Source of the DNA: Eledone cirrhosa
Lineage: Eukaryota
DNA: 64,000 nt
Assembly (NCBI GenBank): GCA_964016885.1
Contig: OZ024752.1
Location: 2,852,001 to 2,916,000 of the forward strand
Reading direction: 5' to 3'
The position numbers were made by a program, and so were the translations under genes. The stretch's first letter is position 1, and each line of letters opens with the position of its first letter. The notes beneath the pieces are model-generated. The model was not told the DNA's origin, searched no databases, and saw only the letters and a list, made by a program, of their open reading frames with translations. Below, one piece after another: positions 26,507-41,730 of the stretch.

Positions 26507-29280
26507 CGGCCGCCGACCTTTACTTGAGCGACCCCATTCCACGCGCGCGCGCTCTGCTGAATACCATAGATATTTAAAAAAACGAACAGCGGAGGACATG
26601 TTTCCTTCTTCCCTGAGATAGAAGGATTAGAATATGCCATTGCTTTTGTTTATTCAGTTAGAGAATAATTTGGCACAATGGTCTAGTAAAGTGATTAAAT
26701 ATGATTTTGTATTCTATCATTTCTATTAATCACCGAAATGAAATAAAAATCTTTGAAATTAGCAACAATAATATTAGAACAGCTTGTTTGAATATGTTCC
26801 TATCTATAACATGGAATATTTAGCCTGGTAATGTTTCTAACCAACTGGCGTAATGTGTGATTTTAACTCGTCTTCTCAAAGGCAATTCCGTATTACGATT
26901 TCGTACATGTATATACAGGGGAACTACATACATCCTTGCATAGTGTTTCATGAGGGAAATATCAGAACTAATAGGAAGCTGTCTTGGTTTAAAGAAAGTC
27001 AATAATTAAATCTGATTCTCTTTATAAATGTAGGTATATTACTATTTTGTGGAATGAAATGAAACGATATCGGGCTTTTATAACATGAAAATGTCTCATG
27101 TATTAAATCTATTTCTTCCATAAGCGAAAACGTTTCAGTTTCTTGTGAGTCTCATGGAGTACATACGACTGGTTCATCTAGCAATTTTGATTTCTAAAAT
27201 ATGCAAAATACCACAAATGCGACTCAAATTCTTTTCGGTTGGTACTTCTTTTATGTACCTCACAATTTGGAAATATAACTAAAACATTGTTTCATTGAAC
27301 TCAGATTCTAAAGATTGAAAGCATAATACAGCAGAGAATTTTGTCAAATTCTCTGCAGCATTAATGTTTATTATCAGTGTTTATATTTGAAAACTCTTTT
27401 GAAGTTTGCTTGTAGAACATTTCCTGCAGTTACGTTTTTTCCCTGGCTTCCATTATACATTGTAAGGATTCTTGTAATGAAAAAATATATTGTCCGTCAT
27501 AATATGAATAAGACATTGCAAATAAACTAAATCAGCTGTATTGGCTAGTTTCAATCTTGTGAGTGTGAAATGTCTAACTTAGTTTGTGACTCTCTTTATA
27601 GTTTACACATTTTTCATCTCTTCGTTGATTTATGTCTGAGGAAAACTTACATGTTTGTTATTTGTCGATTGAAGAACGTTTAACTACAAATGATGGGATA
27701 TTTTATTACAGCTTCGCTAAATTTCTTTCAGTGTAAACATCATTTTCTTCTTTTTCTATTGTTACTGTAACGTTTAATAATTAGTACATATAAAAAATGT
27801 TCATTACTTTTTATATTATCATCTCTTGTGCTGTATGATTATGTATGATTGCTTACATAAACTTACTCATGTGTATGTATGATTGCATACATAAACTTAC
27901 ACACTTACACACTGAGACATATGTGTCTGTGTATGTGTGTGTGTATGGGTGTGTGCAGAGTGCGTGGTATGTCAAACGAGAATGTGAGTGTTTGTGGGTG
28001 TATATATGCATGTTCAAGGGATTGTCTAAATGTATTATTAAACAAATATGTTCTCAGCTTGTTCATTGCATGTTTTCCGCCAGAAGTGGTATCTACTACA
28101 CGATGATCGAGGTGATATCGGGCTGCATGATAGTTTGAAAAATTGTACCAGTCATATAAAGAGCTGTTTTATATAATTTCATTAAGTAAATTTACACTAC
28201 AACAAAACGGGCAGGAATGTGGATAAACTGTGTAAATCTTCGTGGAAATCAATGTGAGATCAATTTAGATAGAAATATTACAAAATGTGTCCCTCTTCAC
28301 TTACTCTACAAAAACTATCAAGTATCCACAAAATTCGTATTTAGCACTTGAGAAATGTTTCACTTAGCTTAGAAGAAACTCTTGTAAATAGTTGAAATGT
28401 GTTTCAAGCTAGTTTATGATTTTGTTATATAAGCCAGATCTTACAGTTGTATTTTGAAATTTGTAAGCATATATTTATGATTCTTGCTGACTTTGAAATG
28501 TAGATATCTGTAATGCCTAATGATGAGCTCAATCGGGACAGATCAGGGACATAAACATCAATATTACCTGGTGCAATACACATTTAGTGGCAATCAAACT
28601 GAGGAGTGAACAGTGAATATGGTGTATTTTGAAGTACTAGTTTGTTGGGTAAATGAATGTGTCTAAAAGAAAATATATATTTCAATAGATATGAAAACAT
28701 TGAATGAGATAACACTTTTTAAAATTGTTGTCTAGAAAGCTGCAGCAAATGTTTCCCTAGCTCTCACATTCTCTCCCCCTCTCTCTTCCGATTTCTCCTC
28801 TCTCATGCCTCTTTCTACTCCTCTCTTTTTATCTCTTTCTATATCTATCTTTATATCTATATATCTGCTACACGAACAATATTGTAATGCAGGTGCTATG
28901 TACAGTACAACTTAAATAACAACAAACCTAGATCAAATTACAATTTCCTAATCGTTATTGATTTCACCAAATCAGTCGTGGCAAAGGAGTCTTATAATAT
29001 AAAGAATTCCAGGTCTGACCAGCGCCTGTATGTTTCAAAGGCAACAATATTCATATTATCTCATATTCTTCTATTTATGTTTGTTCTAAGTTGTTGATTT
29101 TATATTAAAACTGATCACGAGATATATATTGCATATATCATAGATTGTAGTCACAGTTTACAGAGTTCAATATAAGTTAGGAACATTATATAAGAAATAC
29201 ATTGAATTTTTAATGTAAACATGAACTCATTCCAAACCACAAAGGGCATTAACACTTTCATAACGTGATACAAGAGAAAC

Positions 29281-29397
29281 ATAAGTGTACTGCAAAATAT
29301 TATTGCTATTTACTATAGACATATTGAAGTCACTGTTACAAAGAATAAATTCAAGGAGACTATGGTGCGTTCCAATAATATTTTGCAGTAGTCTTAT
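29281..29397. repeat. Small MITE-like inverted repeat
   Basis: tactgcaaaatattattg (29288-29305) pairs with caataatattttgcagta (29373-29390). Confidence 0.6.
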
Positions 29398-30148
29398 ATA
29401 CATATCAGTAGAAGACTTTCAGATATGATTTTAGGCAACAGTAGCTGTTCATTTTTCTTTGATTTGACTTCTGTCGTATGTTGATCAAATAGAGGCGCAA
29501 ACATGCATTCTTGTAAGCAAAATGGATAACAATTCTGAGAGTTACACAAGGTAATTTATAAAGAAAAATATATTTAGTAACTCAAATATATAATTGCAAC
29601 GATACGAAGAGAGTGTTTTCCACGTAGTATTAATAACCCGTGTGATGCAACTATGATGTATTCCATTATTGAGTGGTATATATGTGAGTGTTGAATCAAT
29701 GCGCAGCCATTTGTACAGGTAGGCGCTTATATACATAGGCACTCAAGGATAGATAGAAAATAATGAGATATGTGTATATCCACGCAAACATTAGGAAGAT
29801 TAATTAATTGTATTGGACTTGGTAGCCGTGCATATATATAGTGTTATTTGCTAATTTATCTCCTTAGTTAGCAATAATAAGTCTGTAGAAGGATTTTACA
29901 TAACTATATATTTCTACTTGAACATAATACACAGAAATCGAATGACGTAACTGCATCATAGAATAGATTGGAACAGCAGAAACATAAACAATATAGATGA
30001 TTGTGATTATGTTAATACGGGAATAAAAAGCTCAAGTGTGAATATATATAGATAATTTATAACTAATATGATATACACCTGCACAATACATGTGAAATCG
30101 CTTTGTCTACCATTCGATCAATCAGACTAGCTAACTTTGCTTTATTTC

Positions 30149-30197
<49 letters not shown>

Positions 30198-30457
30198 CTC
30201 TGTGTGTATATATATATATACGTATGTGTATGTGTGAATGTCGACGCATGTGTGATTGTGGGTGTGCGTATATTTTCATAAACACACGGGCTTCGACACA
30301 TTTCTTTCTATTCCCCATCTACTTTTCAACTTTAGAGAAATAAAACGGCAGATAAAATCTTATTCTGTTTGCAAGAATATGCATAAATGTATTACCGAGA
30401 AAATACGAAAAAAAAAAATATTCCTCTATGTGTGTACCTGTATGTAGTAGTGTATGC

Positions 30458-31735
<1,278 letters not shown>

Positions 31736-31738
<3 letters not shown>

Positions 31739-33699
31739 CGTTTCTGAATTTGTTTTAGCAATATACTTTTTCTGAAAACGTGTGTTGAAACCGATATTGT
31801 TATGCTTTGGGAGGGTCATGTTGCCAATAAGAAACACACGCACCAGTTCCTTTCACTCCTATTTATTATGAATTAAATTTACAAATTTAAGAATTTATAA
31901 ATTTCCGGTTGCTTGGTTGGTTCCATAACCGGAGGGTTGTTCATATATCGTCAAATTTCTTTCGTCAGACATTATGTGACCTCTTCATTTACTGGGGATT
32001 CTTTTCTTTGTTTTGTGCCACTCCTTTGTTCTGTCCTACGCCATCTTGTTTTTGTGTGTGTTGTGTGCTTACTTTGCGCATGTTTTACATCCGGGTGTCT
32101 GTGTGTGTTTTTATTTGTTTATTTAGTTGTTTATTTACATGTTACTAGTTAATTGTTTGTTCTATGTGTGTGTGTGTTTTCATTTTGTCCTTAATTGTAA
32201 GTTGTGATGTTGCTATTCCATTCATGTTTTCTATTTAATTGTGATTGGAGTTCATTTATGTTTATTGCCTCTGTGAGTTGTCTAAACATTGCGTCTTTTC
32301 TGTGTGTAGATTCTATTTTTATTTCTATGTTCTCTAATCTGCCCTTATGTTCTCTTTTAGCATGTTGGTGGAGTACTGAAGATTCTTTTCTATCTTGAAG
32401 CTCTCGCCAGTGTTCATTTAACCGTTTTCCTATGCTACGAGCTGTCTCACCTTTGTACACTATATTCTTATATTTACATTGTCCTTCAGTACATCTTATG
32501 CTATATACTACATTTCTAGTTTTACAGTTAATATGGGGACTTAGTTTACAGATTATGCATTATTTATCTATACAAGGAGGTCTTTGAACAGGGTATGTAT
32601 TGCTAATAGGTTTTTTTATGGAGGTACCTGGTCATTTTACTATCTTAATATTAACTTTAAGTTTATCTAGGGCCCTTCTAAATGTGCAAGCTAATTCACC
32701 TCTAGGGGCTGTATTGATGAACATTACACTCTGGTATTCATTGCTATCATACCATGTTTTTATTCTATTAAGCTTATTCCTAGTTCTTTCTATTCTATTC
32801 CAAAATGTGCTACTATACAAGGGGCAGGTCCCATTTCTATCATTATTTACCATTTTTTTTCATTTGGTTCTGGCTCCTCTACATACTCCGATATTATCTC
32901 TCTGATTGTAACCAGCAAACTGCATACGGTTAGTGAAGTATTGTATGTGTCTCTCTATTTCTTTGGGGCTGCACATGCGGAACACGTTTCATATCACCCG
33001 TGCCATATCCGCAATCAGTATCTTGATTTTGGTGGTATCCGAAACAGGTGAGTTTCAGTGAATCAGATGTTTGGAAGTCATGGGTTTGGCATGGTTGGGG
33101 TGTTTGCTTGGGTAGTCTATAGTAACTCTAATCCTCTGGTGAATGGAGTCAGCTATTTGCTGGATGCTTCCAATGGTGTTTTTCTTTAATTCCTGACTGT
33201 TCTCTATGGGGGGGGGGGGTTACTACGATGTTTATATCATCAACGTAGCGGGAGTACATTATCAGGGTTAAGAGGTTGCTGTCTTCTAATTGCTCTTTAA
33301 GTTTATGTTTAAGTTTATTGTCCCACCATACCATGAATAGGTTAGCTGTGTTACCTGCAATGCTAATACCAATGGCTGCTCCCTCCTCTTGGGCATACGT
33401 TTTTCCATTAAATGTGATCATATGTTCCTTAAGGGTTAATTTTATACTGGCCCCCACCGCATGTGCAATCATTTTCTTTAGTTCTTCCTGGTTTTCGGGG
33501 GTTCGTATGGCTCTGGTCCAGCCGTTCCATCTTTCTGTCTGAATTTTCTTGGCCATTGAGTTACTAGTTGGTGGTCTGCCTCTTGCTGGTTTTGTAGGGC
33601 ACAGATTGCTAAGGTCATATGTATCTAGATAATCCTTGCTATAGGTAAGTTTAAGTACGAGTCCCAGCTCACTGGTATCAATCCCACGGAGTTCAACAT
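31736..33699 (-). mobile_element. 5'-truncated Penelope-like element (parent family F1): RT, Zn-finger, GIY-YIG and HHR-bearing 3' end
   Basis: YAQEEGAAIGISIAGNTANLFMVWWD...YSRYVDDINI; CIDK*CIIC...CKTRNVVYSIRC...VYKGETARSIGKRLNEH...LNRKHEWN. The 3' end abuts (TA)n. Confidence 0.92.
31950..31992 (-). ncRNA. Hammerhead ribozyme F1, core mutated (C3>A)
   Basis: Reverse complement: GTAA-ATGAAGA-G-GTCA..TGAC-GAAA-GAAA-TT-TGAC. Confidence 0.55.
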
Positions 33700-33710
33700 T
33701 ATATATATAT

Positions 33711-33933
33711 ATAGGAAAATATATAACCCCGAGGGCAGAGCTCCAGCCGTTTCAACGGCTATTTCTCGACTAAATTAGAATTTCTAGAAACATTCTGATG
33801 ATGTAGTCCAGAAATAGCAGTCAAAACGGCTTCAGCTCTGTCGTCCGCGTCATATATTTTCCTATTACCCACACTACTCCACTAAGCATTGAGTACTCTG
33901 ATGCGTTATGGTCTATCTGGTTCCTTACCACAA
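33711..33933 (+). mobile_element. Fold-back insertion of family F2 (arms 33711-33772 / 33804-33865; tail to 33933) with an HHR-like CTGATGA at 33795
   Basis: Homologous to 10116-10283 and 7393-7454; lies between (TA)n tracts. Confidence 0.8.
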
Positions 33934-34002
<69 letters not shown>

Positions 34003-36211
34003 ATATAATTGGTATTTGCTGCTTCTCTGAGAAAGAACACGGAATATATTAGTAAATTATGACTATTTACTGTGGGTACAAATGGCTCAATGTATCAAAT
34101 TTAGCGGTTTTATTCAACTCAATATAATTTTTATCGGACTGGTTTCGTTATGAACATCCAAAACCCTATATAAAGCAGTCCACAAGGACAGAAACAGTGA
34201 TAGTATGAGCTGTTCCTAGACGCCGGACGCGCACAATTCAACATCGACATTTTCCAAATGCTTCCTTACTCAACAAATTTCACTATACACTAAGCTCCAG
34301 TTTCAAAGTCGTCAAAACTTGCTGATCTCCGACTCTGTAGGGAAGTTACTACCGCTTCCAATCCGTACACGAATGTCTTAGTCGACAATTCTGTCCAAAC
34401 ACTATATCTCAACTTTAATCGACTATTACATTGGGCATTTGCGTTAGGGTGCACATATTGCTAAGTCAGCCGCTTTATAAATATATAAATAAATTAATAA
34501 ATGCATATATTCATACACACAGGCACACACACACATGTATATATATTTATATGTGTTTGTGTCTGTGTCTGTGTGAATACATATATACATTGATATATAT
34601 ATATATATAGATATATATGTATATGTATGCATGGCTGCGCGTATGTATATATGTATGTATATATGTGCGTATGGTCATTTCATGTGCATTTTTTATATGA
34701 TGAATGAGATTAAATATATTGTTTATTACTATTCAATTTTTTTTCGTCTGTTTTGTGTCGTGTTGGCGTCTTCGGGACATATGTGTATGACGGTCTTAAC
34801 ATGAATGTGAGTGTATGTGCGTTTTTTTGTGCCAGTGTGTGTCATCAACTGAGAAATGTAACAAAGGAAAGATATATTATAGTTTCTTCTTTCTTTACAT
34901 GTTCCGTTCATTTCGGCTCGGATATTGTGTTAGATTATACGAAGGAATATATTTTTTTTTAATGAAACAAAGTATGTAACAATGTTTTCTATTGTGTTAT
35001 TGACATAAAATTGTACATCACGTTAAAGAAAGGTAATATTTTAAGCATAAGTAATTCTATTCTTGCTGGGTCTATGAGTAATACGTATGCGTGTGTGTAT
35101 GAGTATGCGTATGTGTGTGTATGTATGTGTGAATGTGTCCATTCAATATTGCTTTGTTATAGAAATAATTTTACGTGCTTTCACACAATTGATATCTGTC
35201 TATCTATTTATCTCTCTATCTATCTCTGTCTCATTCTCTCTCTCTCACTCCTCCCTCACTCTGTATATATATATAGATAGATTTATATATATATGTGTGT
35301 GTGGGGGGGGGGGGGCGTATGTATGTGTGTGTACCTGAGTGTGTGTATGTGTGTGAATATACGTATGTTTTTCTTTTACTTTATTGCTGCATTAATTCCT
35401 CCCCTCCAAGCATTTTTTTTCCTTTTCCCGTATTAACTATACTTCATGTTCTCCTCTTTTCTTATGAATAGTTTTTCTTTACATTTCTATTCTCTATATA
35501 TAATATACCATAGATTTTTCGATTTTGAAAATCTTGGAAAAAGTGCCTGTTACTTTGATTTAATATTCGTTTCACGGAAACGTTGAGCCATTATCAGTTG
35601 TGCAATATTATAATTTCATTTTTATTATGCTGAATAAGTTGGAATTCGGATTTCATTTCATTTAATTTTTGTTCGTGGGTGTGAATTGAGAGATAATCTG
35701 CAAAGTGGTAGTTGAGTTTCTTTTTGTAAAAACATTGTAAGACTTGCCCATATTTTTTAAGTTTTTTTAATGTTTTGAAATGTTTTGAAATTTATAATTT
35801 TTCAGAATTGTTATATATTCAAAAGTATTTTTTTACATGCATGCAGGTAATTATGTATGTATATATTTTAGCATGCATGGCTTTATGCATACCTTCATGT
35901 AGTCATGTATATATGAATATATATATATGTATATGTTTGCGTGTGCATGCATATATGGAGAAATGAATGAATGGTGTGTCTCATAAATTAATGTACATGT
36001 ATATTTGTATCATATTTCCCTGCAGATGTCTTTAAATATGTCCTATATATCATATAGAAAGTGGAAATAATACGTCGATGAATTGAGATTATCCAAGTAA
36101 TTATTATATAAAAATCCCCGTTATGAGAGTTTTACCGAAAAAAGGATATCCATACGAAATAGAAATAATTCTAATAATACATTCAACCGATACACGCACA
36201 CATCCACGGGT

Positions 36212-36286
<75 letters not shown>

Positions 36287-36806
36287 AATATAGCGAGAGA
36301 GAGATATAGAGAGAGAGGGGGATGGGGAGATGGAAAGTGAAAATGTGTGCGGGAGAATGAGAAAAAATGCAGCTATGTTTATCATGTAATACGAAATTTG
36401 TTGCAAAGAAATTACTTAAGGGAACGTCCTGCATATAAAATAATATTAGGCTAGAATCTTACGTACTTAATATATTGATTTTTCAAAGTTTGAATCAATT
36501 ATGAATAACTAACAAATAATTAGTAGACCTATACAATAGGAGATTTCAATTTCTAAACAATCATCACGGAAATATAATCACCTGATGAATAGATGATATT
36601 TTGTTCAACAATAAGTAAACAAATCGATAAAAACATGTTATTTTCTCCAACCGGCTCTTTACCATGTGCCGCGTAGCTTTCGGTTTTTGCTTTCTTTTGA
36701 GCGAGCATATACGCTGGTCATGTTTTCCTATTCCCTCTGGAAAGTTTACATTATCTGAATAACTCAGACATATGCAATGCTATATCTGTTTCGAACCGGG
36801 AGAAAT

Positions 36807-36960
36807 ATGTTTTCTACTTTTGGCACAGTGTCTTACTGGTACTTTACTTTATCGACCCCGTAAGGATAAAGGCAAAGTTAACCTCGGCGGAATTTGAATT
36901 GAGAATTGTAAGGGTCGTAGATCTATGCGTCAAAGCATGGTCTCCGACCGATACAGCCAA
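36807..36960 (-). mobile_element. SINE family S1
   Basis: Matches 7045-7230. Confidence 0.8.
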
Positions 36961-38448
36961 ATTTGTTTAAATATATAAATGGCAGAGTCAAGTCACTTCA
37001 GTAGACTCATCTTAAGAATTATACAAAATATCAAACATATACCACGAAACTAAAGTCTAGAGAATGAACTCCCCTGTGTTTACGTGTGTGCCCACTCGTG
37101 TCTATATTTTGAGTATTTGAGTCTATGATGGCTTTAAACTTCATCAAACATTTAGAGATCCTTGTACGAAGTCACATGTGAAAACATATTCTTTTCACCA
37201 TCCTCCTATCACTTTTATAGTGTGATATGACAAGAAGTATTGAATAGCTCCTTGGAAATCTGCAAATAATGTTATCCAAATGTTATTATGTGATATGTGT
37301 AAATACTATAGTTTAACGATGAAAGCCAAATAATATTTAACCTGTTGTGAATTGATGAACATCCGCTGAGTAGAAATGGAACGCATATCAACTAACTGCT
37401 AGAAAAGCAAACCTCCTAGAACTTCAGTAAGTGTATCTTATTGTCCGTTTGACACAATTGTATTTCAGGGACACGCTACAAACGCGAATATTATTGACAC
37501 CATTAGAGAATATATAGAGTGAAATATCCGCTTTGGGAGAAACATGATAAATGTAACTAGAAATGCTTATTCAATAACAGAAATAAAGAGACATAACTGA
37601 TATCATTCTACCTATATCTCCAGATAAACAGTTCAACTCGGGTTTATAATGGATCCCTACATAGTGGCGAAAATAGTGATGAGAATATATTAGTAGATAT
37701 TCTAGATATCGACTACCGAACTGATTGTCCAACATTTCTCGATCAATCCTAACAATTCGCTTTGAGTGGATGGCCGTTATTATGCTATAAATTGATTCAT
37801 TAGAACTATAAGATGTATCCACATGATCGACCCAGCAAATAAACAATATATATATATATATACATATAAGTGTGTGTGGGGGGGGGTGTATGTGTGTGTG
37901 TGTATGTATATTTTATAACACAGAATAGAAATTACACTTACATTATTGGTAATAATATAAATTGTAATTTCTTTTATTTTGCGCTGTTCTTTAACAAAAC
38001 AGACACTTTCTGCCAATTACAAGCTCCATGATTTTTTTTGTGTTCAATACTCTATCACAATTATTTAAAAACAAAATTCTTCATTTTGGTAAATCGATTT
38101 TTCGTATATCAACTTCTTTGTTTAAAAAACTTTATATATGTATTTGCTTTCTAAACTCCTCACTGTCTTTAACGATTGAAGCTCTTCCTCCCCATTTTCT
38201 TAGGCTAACTTTAGATTGAAGGTTAATAGAAAATTCAAGATTTTTCGATTTCTATACTTCTTTTTATTCCTTGGAATCCTCCGCCTAGTTTTAAAATAGC
38301 AACCATGGAAATCAAGACTAAAGGGAAAGAAAAATGATTCCGGTATTCAGAGAATAACATTTTCCTGAACATACATTAATTTGTATAAAACATTCTTGTT
38401 TTGGAATTAACATACATGAAAATTATATAAATATATATACGTATATCC

Positions 38449-38512
<64 letters not shown>

Positions 38513-38653
38513 AGTTTATGTTGGATGTATACCAACACCTCAGTATGCAGGCTGGAGCACTCGACGAGGTGCGCAGGTTGGTTTGGTTACTCCGGAGTAG
38601 TGTAAAATAAAGTTAAATAAAAGTAAAATGATTAAAATTTAGCTTCGTTTATT

Positions 38654-38708
38654 ACTGCTATATATATTTCAGTGACAGCCATCTTTGGCTGTGACCTCTT
38701 CAGGCAGT
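38654..38708 (-). ncRNA. Hammerhead ribozyme F3, intact core
   Basis: Reverse complement: ACTGC-CTGAAGA-GGTCACAGCCA-AAGA-TGGCTGTCACT-GAAA-TATATA-TA-GCAGT. Confidence 0.88.
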
Positions 38709-38934
38709 TTGAATTAGTATGGTATAGACAAGTACATATGTTGTTTAGGTGTATAATATTGTCAATACTCTGATATGCCCAGTTCCTTGTTTGGTTGTTA
38801 ATTCACTGAGGAACTGGAGTCATATCCAGTTCCTCAGTGAATTTACAACCAAACAAGGAACTGGGCATATCAGAGTATTGACAATATTATACACCTAAAC
38901 AACATATGTACTTGTCTATACCATACTAATTCAA

Positions 38935-38989
38935 ACTACCTGAAGACGTCACAGCCAAAGATGGCTGTCACTGAAATATATATAGCAGT
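38935..38989 (+). ncRNA. Hammerhead ribozyme F3 with two stem mutations
   Basis: ACTAC-CTGAAGA-CGTCACAGCCA-AAGA-TGGCTGTCACT-GAAA-TATATA-TA-GCAGT. Confidence 0.75.
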
Positions 38990-39038
38990 AATAAACGAAG
39001 CTAAATTTTAATCATTTGACTTTTATTTAACTTTATTT

Positions 39039-39111
<73 letters not shown>

Positions 39112-39176
39112 TCCAAATGCTATCCTACCACACCCTTTTTGTTATATGTATATACATACATTTGTTTTATATATAC

Positions 39177-39218
<42 letters not shown>

Positions 39219-39619
39219 ATGTGTATGTGTTTGTTTGTGTGTGTATGTGCATGTGTGCACGCGTGTGTGCATGTGTGTGTGCTTGAGATTGCGGTTATGT
39301 TTATGTTTGTATTCATGGAAAAGGAAGACAATTCAGAGAAATGCATTGCTAATAGTGAAAAAGGATCTAGAAATATATTAAATGAAAATATTATATCAAG
39401 TAAGGATGTTATATAATTTTAGAGGTTTTCCTTATCTACATTCAATCCTTGTCTTTTTATAAACCAGGTGTAGGGATGGTAGAATTTGAAAGCCTTTTCA
39501 ACGTTTCATTGTACAGAGACTGGCATTTTAACCTATTTCGTGGCTTGAGAAGAGGATAGATGATGGTAGCTTGAATGGAATGAATATCCCCAGGCAAAGC
39601 AAAACCCCTTCCACATAAT

Positions 39620-39651
<32 letters not shown>

Positions 39652-40081
39652 GCAGAGAAAATGTTCTGTATATTTGTAAGGCTGACAGCAAAAAGAAATT
39701 CTATTACAACGGCGTTGGAACTGATTAGGCAAATCGAGTGACTATGTTGTTTAAAGGTAGCAACATTATACGAACGAAAATAATATAAATATATACTTTT
39801 TTCCAGGTGTGAAAAGTAATCCACTTTTTTATTGACAAGTGACGTACGGTTTTATTTAAACGACGATATTGTAACACAATCTAGCCACCTTATCCCTCTC
39901 TCTTCTTGATATATATGTAAATATATATATATCAATTTATGTATATATGTATATTTATTTAGAGAGATGGGTAGAGAAAGAGAGGGGGAGAAAGAGAGAT
40001 ATAGTGTATGCGTGTGTGCATATATGTGTGCACATACACACACTTACATATGTGCATACACACACACACATGTATATATAT

Positions 40082-40260
40082 ATATTTATTAAAATAACAG
40101 ATTAAACTGTAAGGGTGAAAGCAGCGATTCGTTGCTTAAACTTTTATCTGTTATTTTAATAAATATTTGCTCAACGGTTCTTACATATTTGATATATATT
40201 TATCCTTATCGAGCCCTCTTTGGATTTTAGTCTTCACATTTATTATTATTACTATATACT
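40082..40260 (+). mobile_element. Short fold-back of family F4 (arms 40082-40102 / 40146-40166) plus tail
   Basis: Shares taagggtgaaagcagcgattc..gcttaaactt..atctgttattttaataa with 41266-41411, 56418-56582 and 63665-63728. Confidence 0.75.
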
Positions 40261-40266
40261 GCATAT

Positions 40267-40303
<37 letters not shown>

Positions 40304-40452
40304 GATGGAAAAGAATGAAACGAAAATTCATATCCAACTCTTAGTACGGCTGATACCTAAATATATGTATGTATACGTACATACATATATGTGTACAGAC
40401 GTAGAGTGGTATGTATATATACACATACATATACACATGTATATACACAGGA

Positions 40453-40495
40453 ACGATGTACTAGTTTCAAGCTTATTAGCTATCGTCAGCATCGT
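40453..40495 (-). ncRNA. Type-I hammerhead ribozyme, intact core
   Basis: Reverse complement: ACGATG-CTGACGA-T-AGCT-AATA-AGCT-T-GAAA-CTAG-TA-CATCGT. 6-bp helix I; palindromic helix III ACTAGT. Confidence 0.85.
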
Positions 40496-40883
40496 ATAAC
40501 CTCCTGTCAGAAGATTGAACGTTTGAAAGTATATACTTTCCTAATGTATATTAATGGCTGGGCAGCCTAATTTGCATATCGAGTGAGTTAATCGGCAGGG
40601 CGTGCCGAAAACGATGAATGGAAAAGAATGAAACAAAATTTCATTTCTCACTCTTAGTACGGCTGATACCTAAATATTGGTATGTATACGTACATACATA
40701 TATGTGTACAGACGTACAGTAGTATGTATATATATACATACATGCACACATATATATATATGTATGTATTGGTTTACCGAACATTTATTCTAATGTTCGG
40801 TTTGTTTGTAAACAAACAGCCTGAATTACGCCGTACAGTGTTCGGCAACCATCGTTGCACTTTTGTTCAACACAGACACAGGA

Positions 40884-40926
40884 ACGATGTTCTAGTTTTA
40901 AGCTAATTAGCTATCGTCAGTATCGT
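40884..40926 (-). ncRNA. Inactivated copy of the same HHR (GAAA>AAAA, UA>AA)
   Basis: Reverse complement: ACGATA-CTGACGA-TAGCTAATTAGCTT-AAAA-CTAG-AA-CATCGT. Confidence 0.7.
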
Positions 40927-41060
40927 ATACCTTTCTGTCAGATGATTGAACGTTTGAAAGTATATACTTTCCTTATGCATATTAACGGCTGAGCATCTTT
41001 TTTTGCATATCGATTGAGATAGTCGGCTGGGCGTGTCAGTGTTGAACAAAATCACACACA

Positions 41061-41111
<51 letters not shown>

Positions 41112-41265
41112 ACTGAGCGAGAGAGAGAGAAAGAGAAATCTGCGCGTTCTTTATTGTTCTCCATTCTGTAGAGGAACAGAGAGGGGGGTATGATTGAGAG
41201 AGAGACAGAGAGAGAAAGAAAGAGAGAGGGTATGAGAAAAAAAGGAGAGGAGTTGAGAAAGAAAG

Positions 41266-41411
41266 AAAGTTTAAGCAAAGAATCGCTGCTTTCGACATTA
41301 ACGGTAATTTTAAACTAAAATATTCAATCTGTGAACGCAGAATTAAATATTTCGAGAAACGTTGCAACCGAAGGAAAACAGGAAGACGATATTTTGTTTC
41401 GTGAAGACGTT
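41266..41411 (-). mobile_element. Family F4 fragment
   Basis: Reverse complement of 56418-56555. Confidence 0.7.
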
Positions 41412-41616
41412 CCGGCGTAATGAACGAAAAAAAAGCGAGGATAATACGTCGTTATGTGGCCCGAGAAGAACAATGCAAAGACAAGACCAAGTTTATGGTA
41501 TAAATGGAGTCGATAGACTAATATTCTATTTAAAATAACCGAATGATTTCCAGTCCCGGAGTTTAAGAATGATGTAAATAAAATTGTAAACGAAAATGTC
41601 AGAGTTTATTAAAATA

Positions 41617-41730
41617 GTTGTTTCTACTTTTGGCACAAGGCCAGCAATTACACAGTACATTACTGGTACTGTATTTTATCAACCCCATAAGGATGAAAGG
41701 CAAAGTTAATCTCGACGGAATTTTAACTTT
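41617..41730 (-). mobile_element. SINE family S1
   Basis: Matches 7045-7160. Confidence 0.8.

Larger units (their letters stand above)
38511..39040 (-). mobile_element. Near-perfect fold-back element, family F3 (216-bp arms 38603-38818 / 38825-39040; tail 38511-38602)
   Basis: About four mismatches between arms by eye; 6-nt loop; flanked by (TA)n on both sides; one HHR per arm. Confidence 0.92.
40303..41040 (-). mobile_element. ORF-less tandem repeat with two HHRs (retrozyme-like)
   Basis: Block A at 40303 and 40617; block B at 40446 and 40877; HHRs 431 bp apart. Confidence 0.65.
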
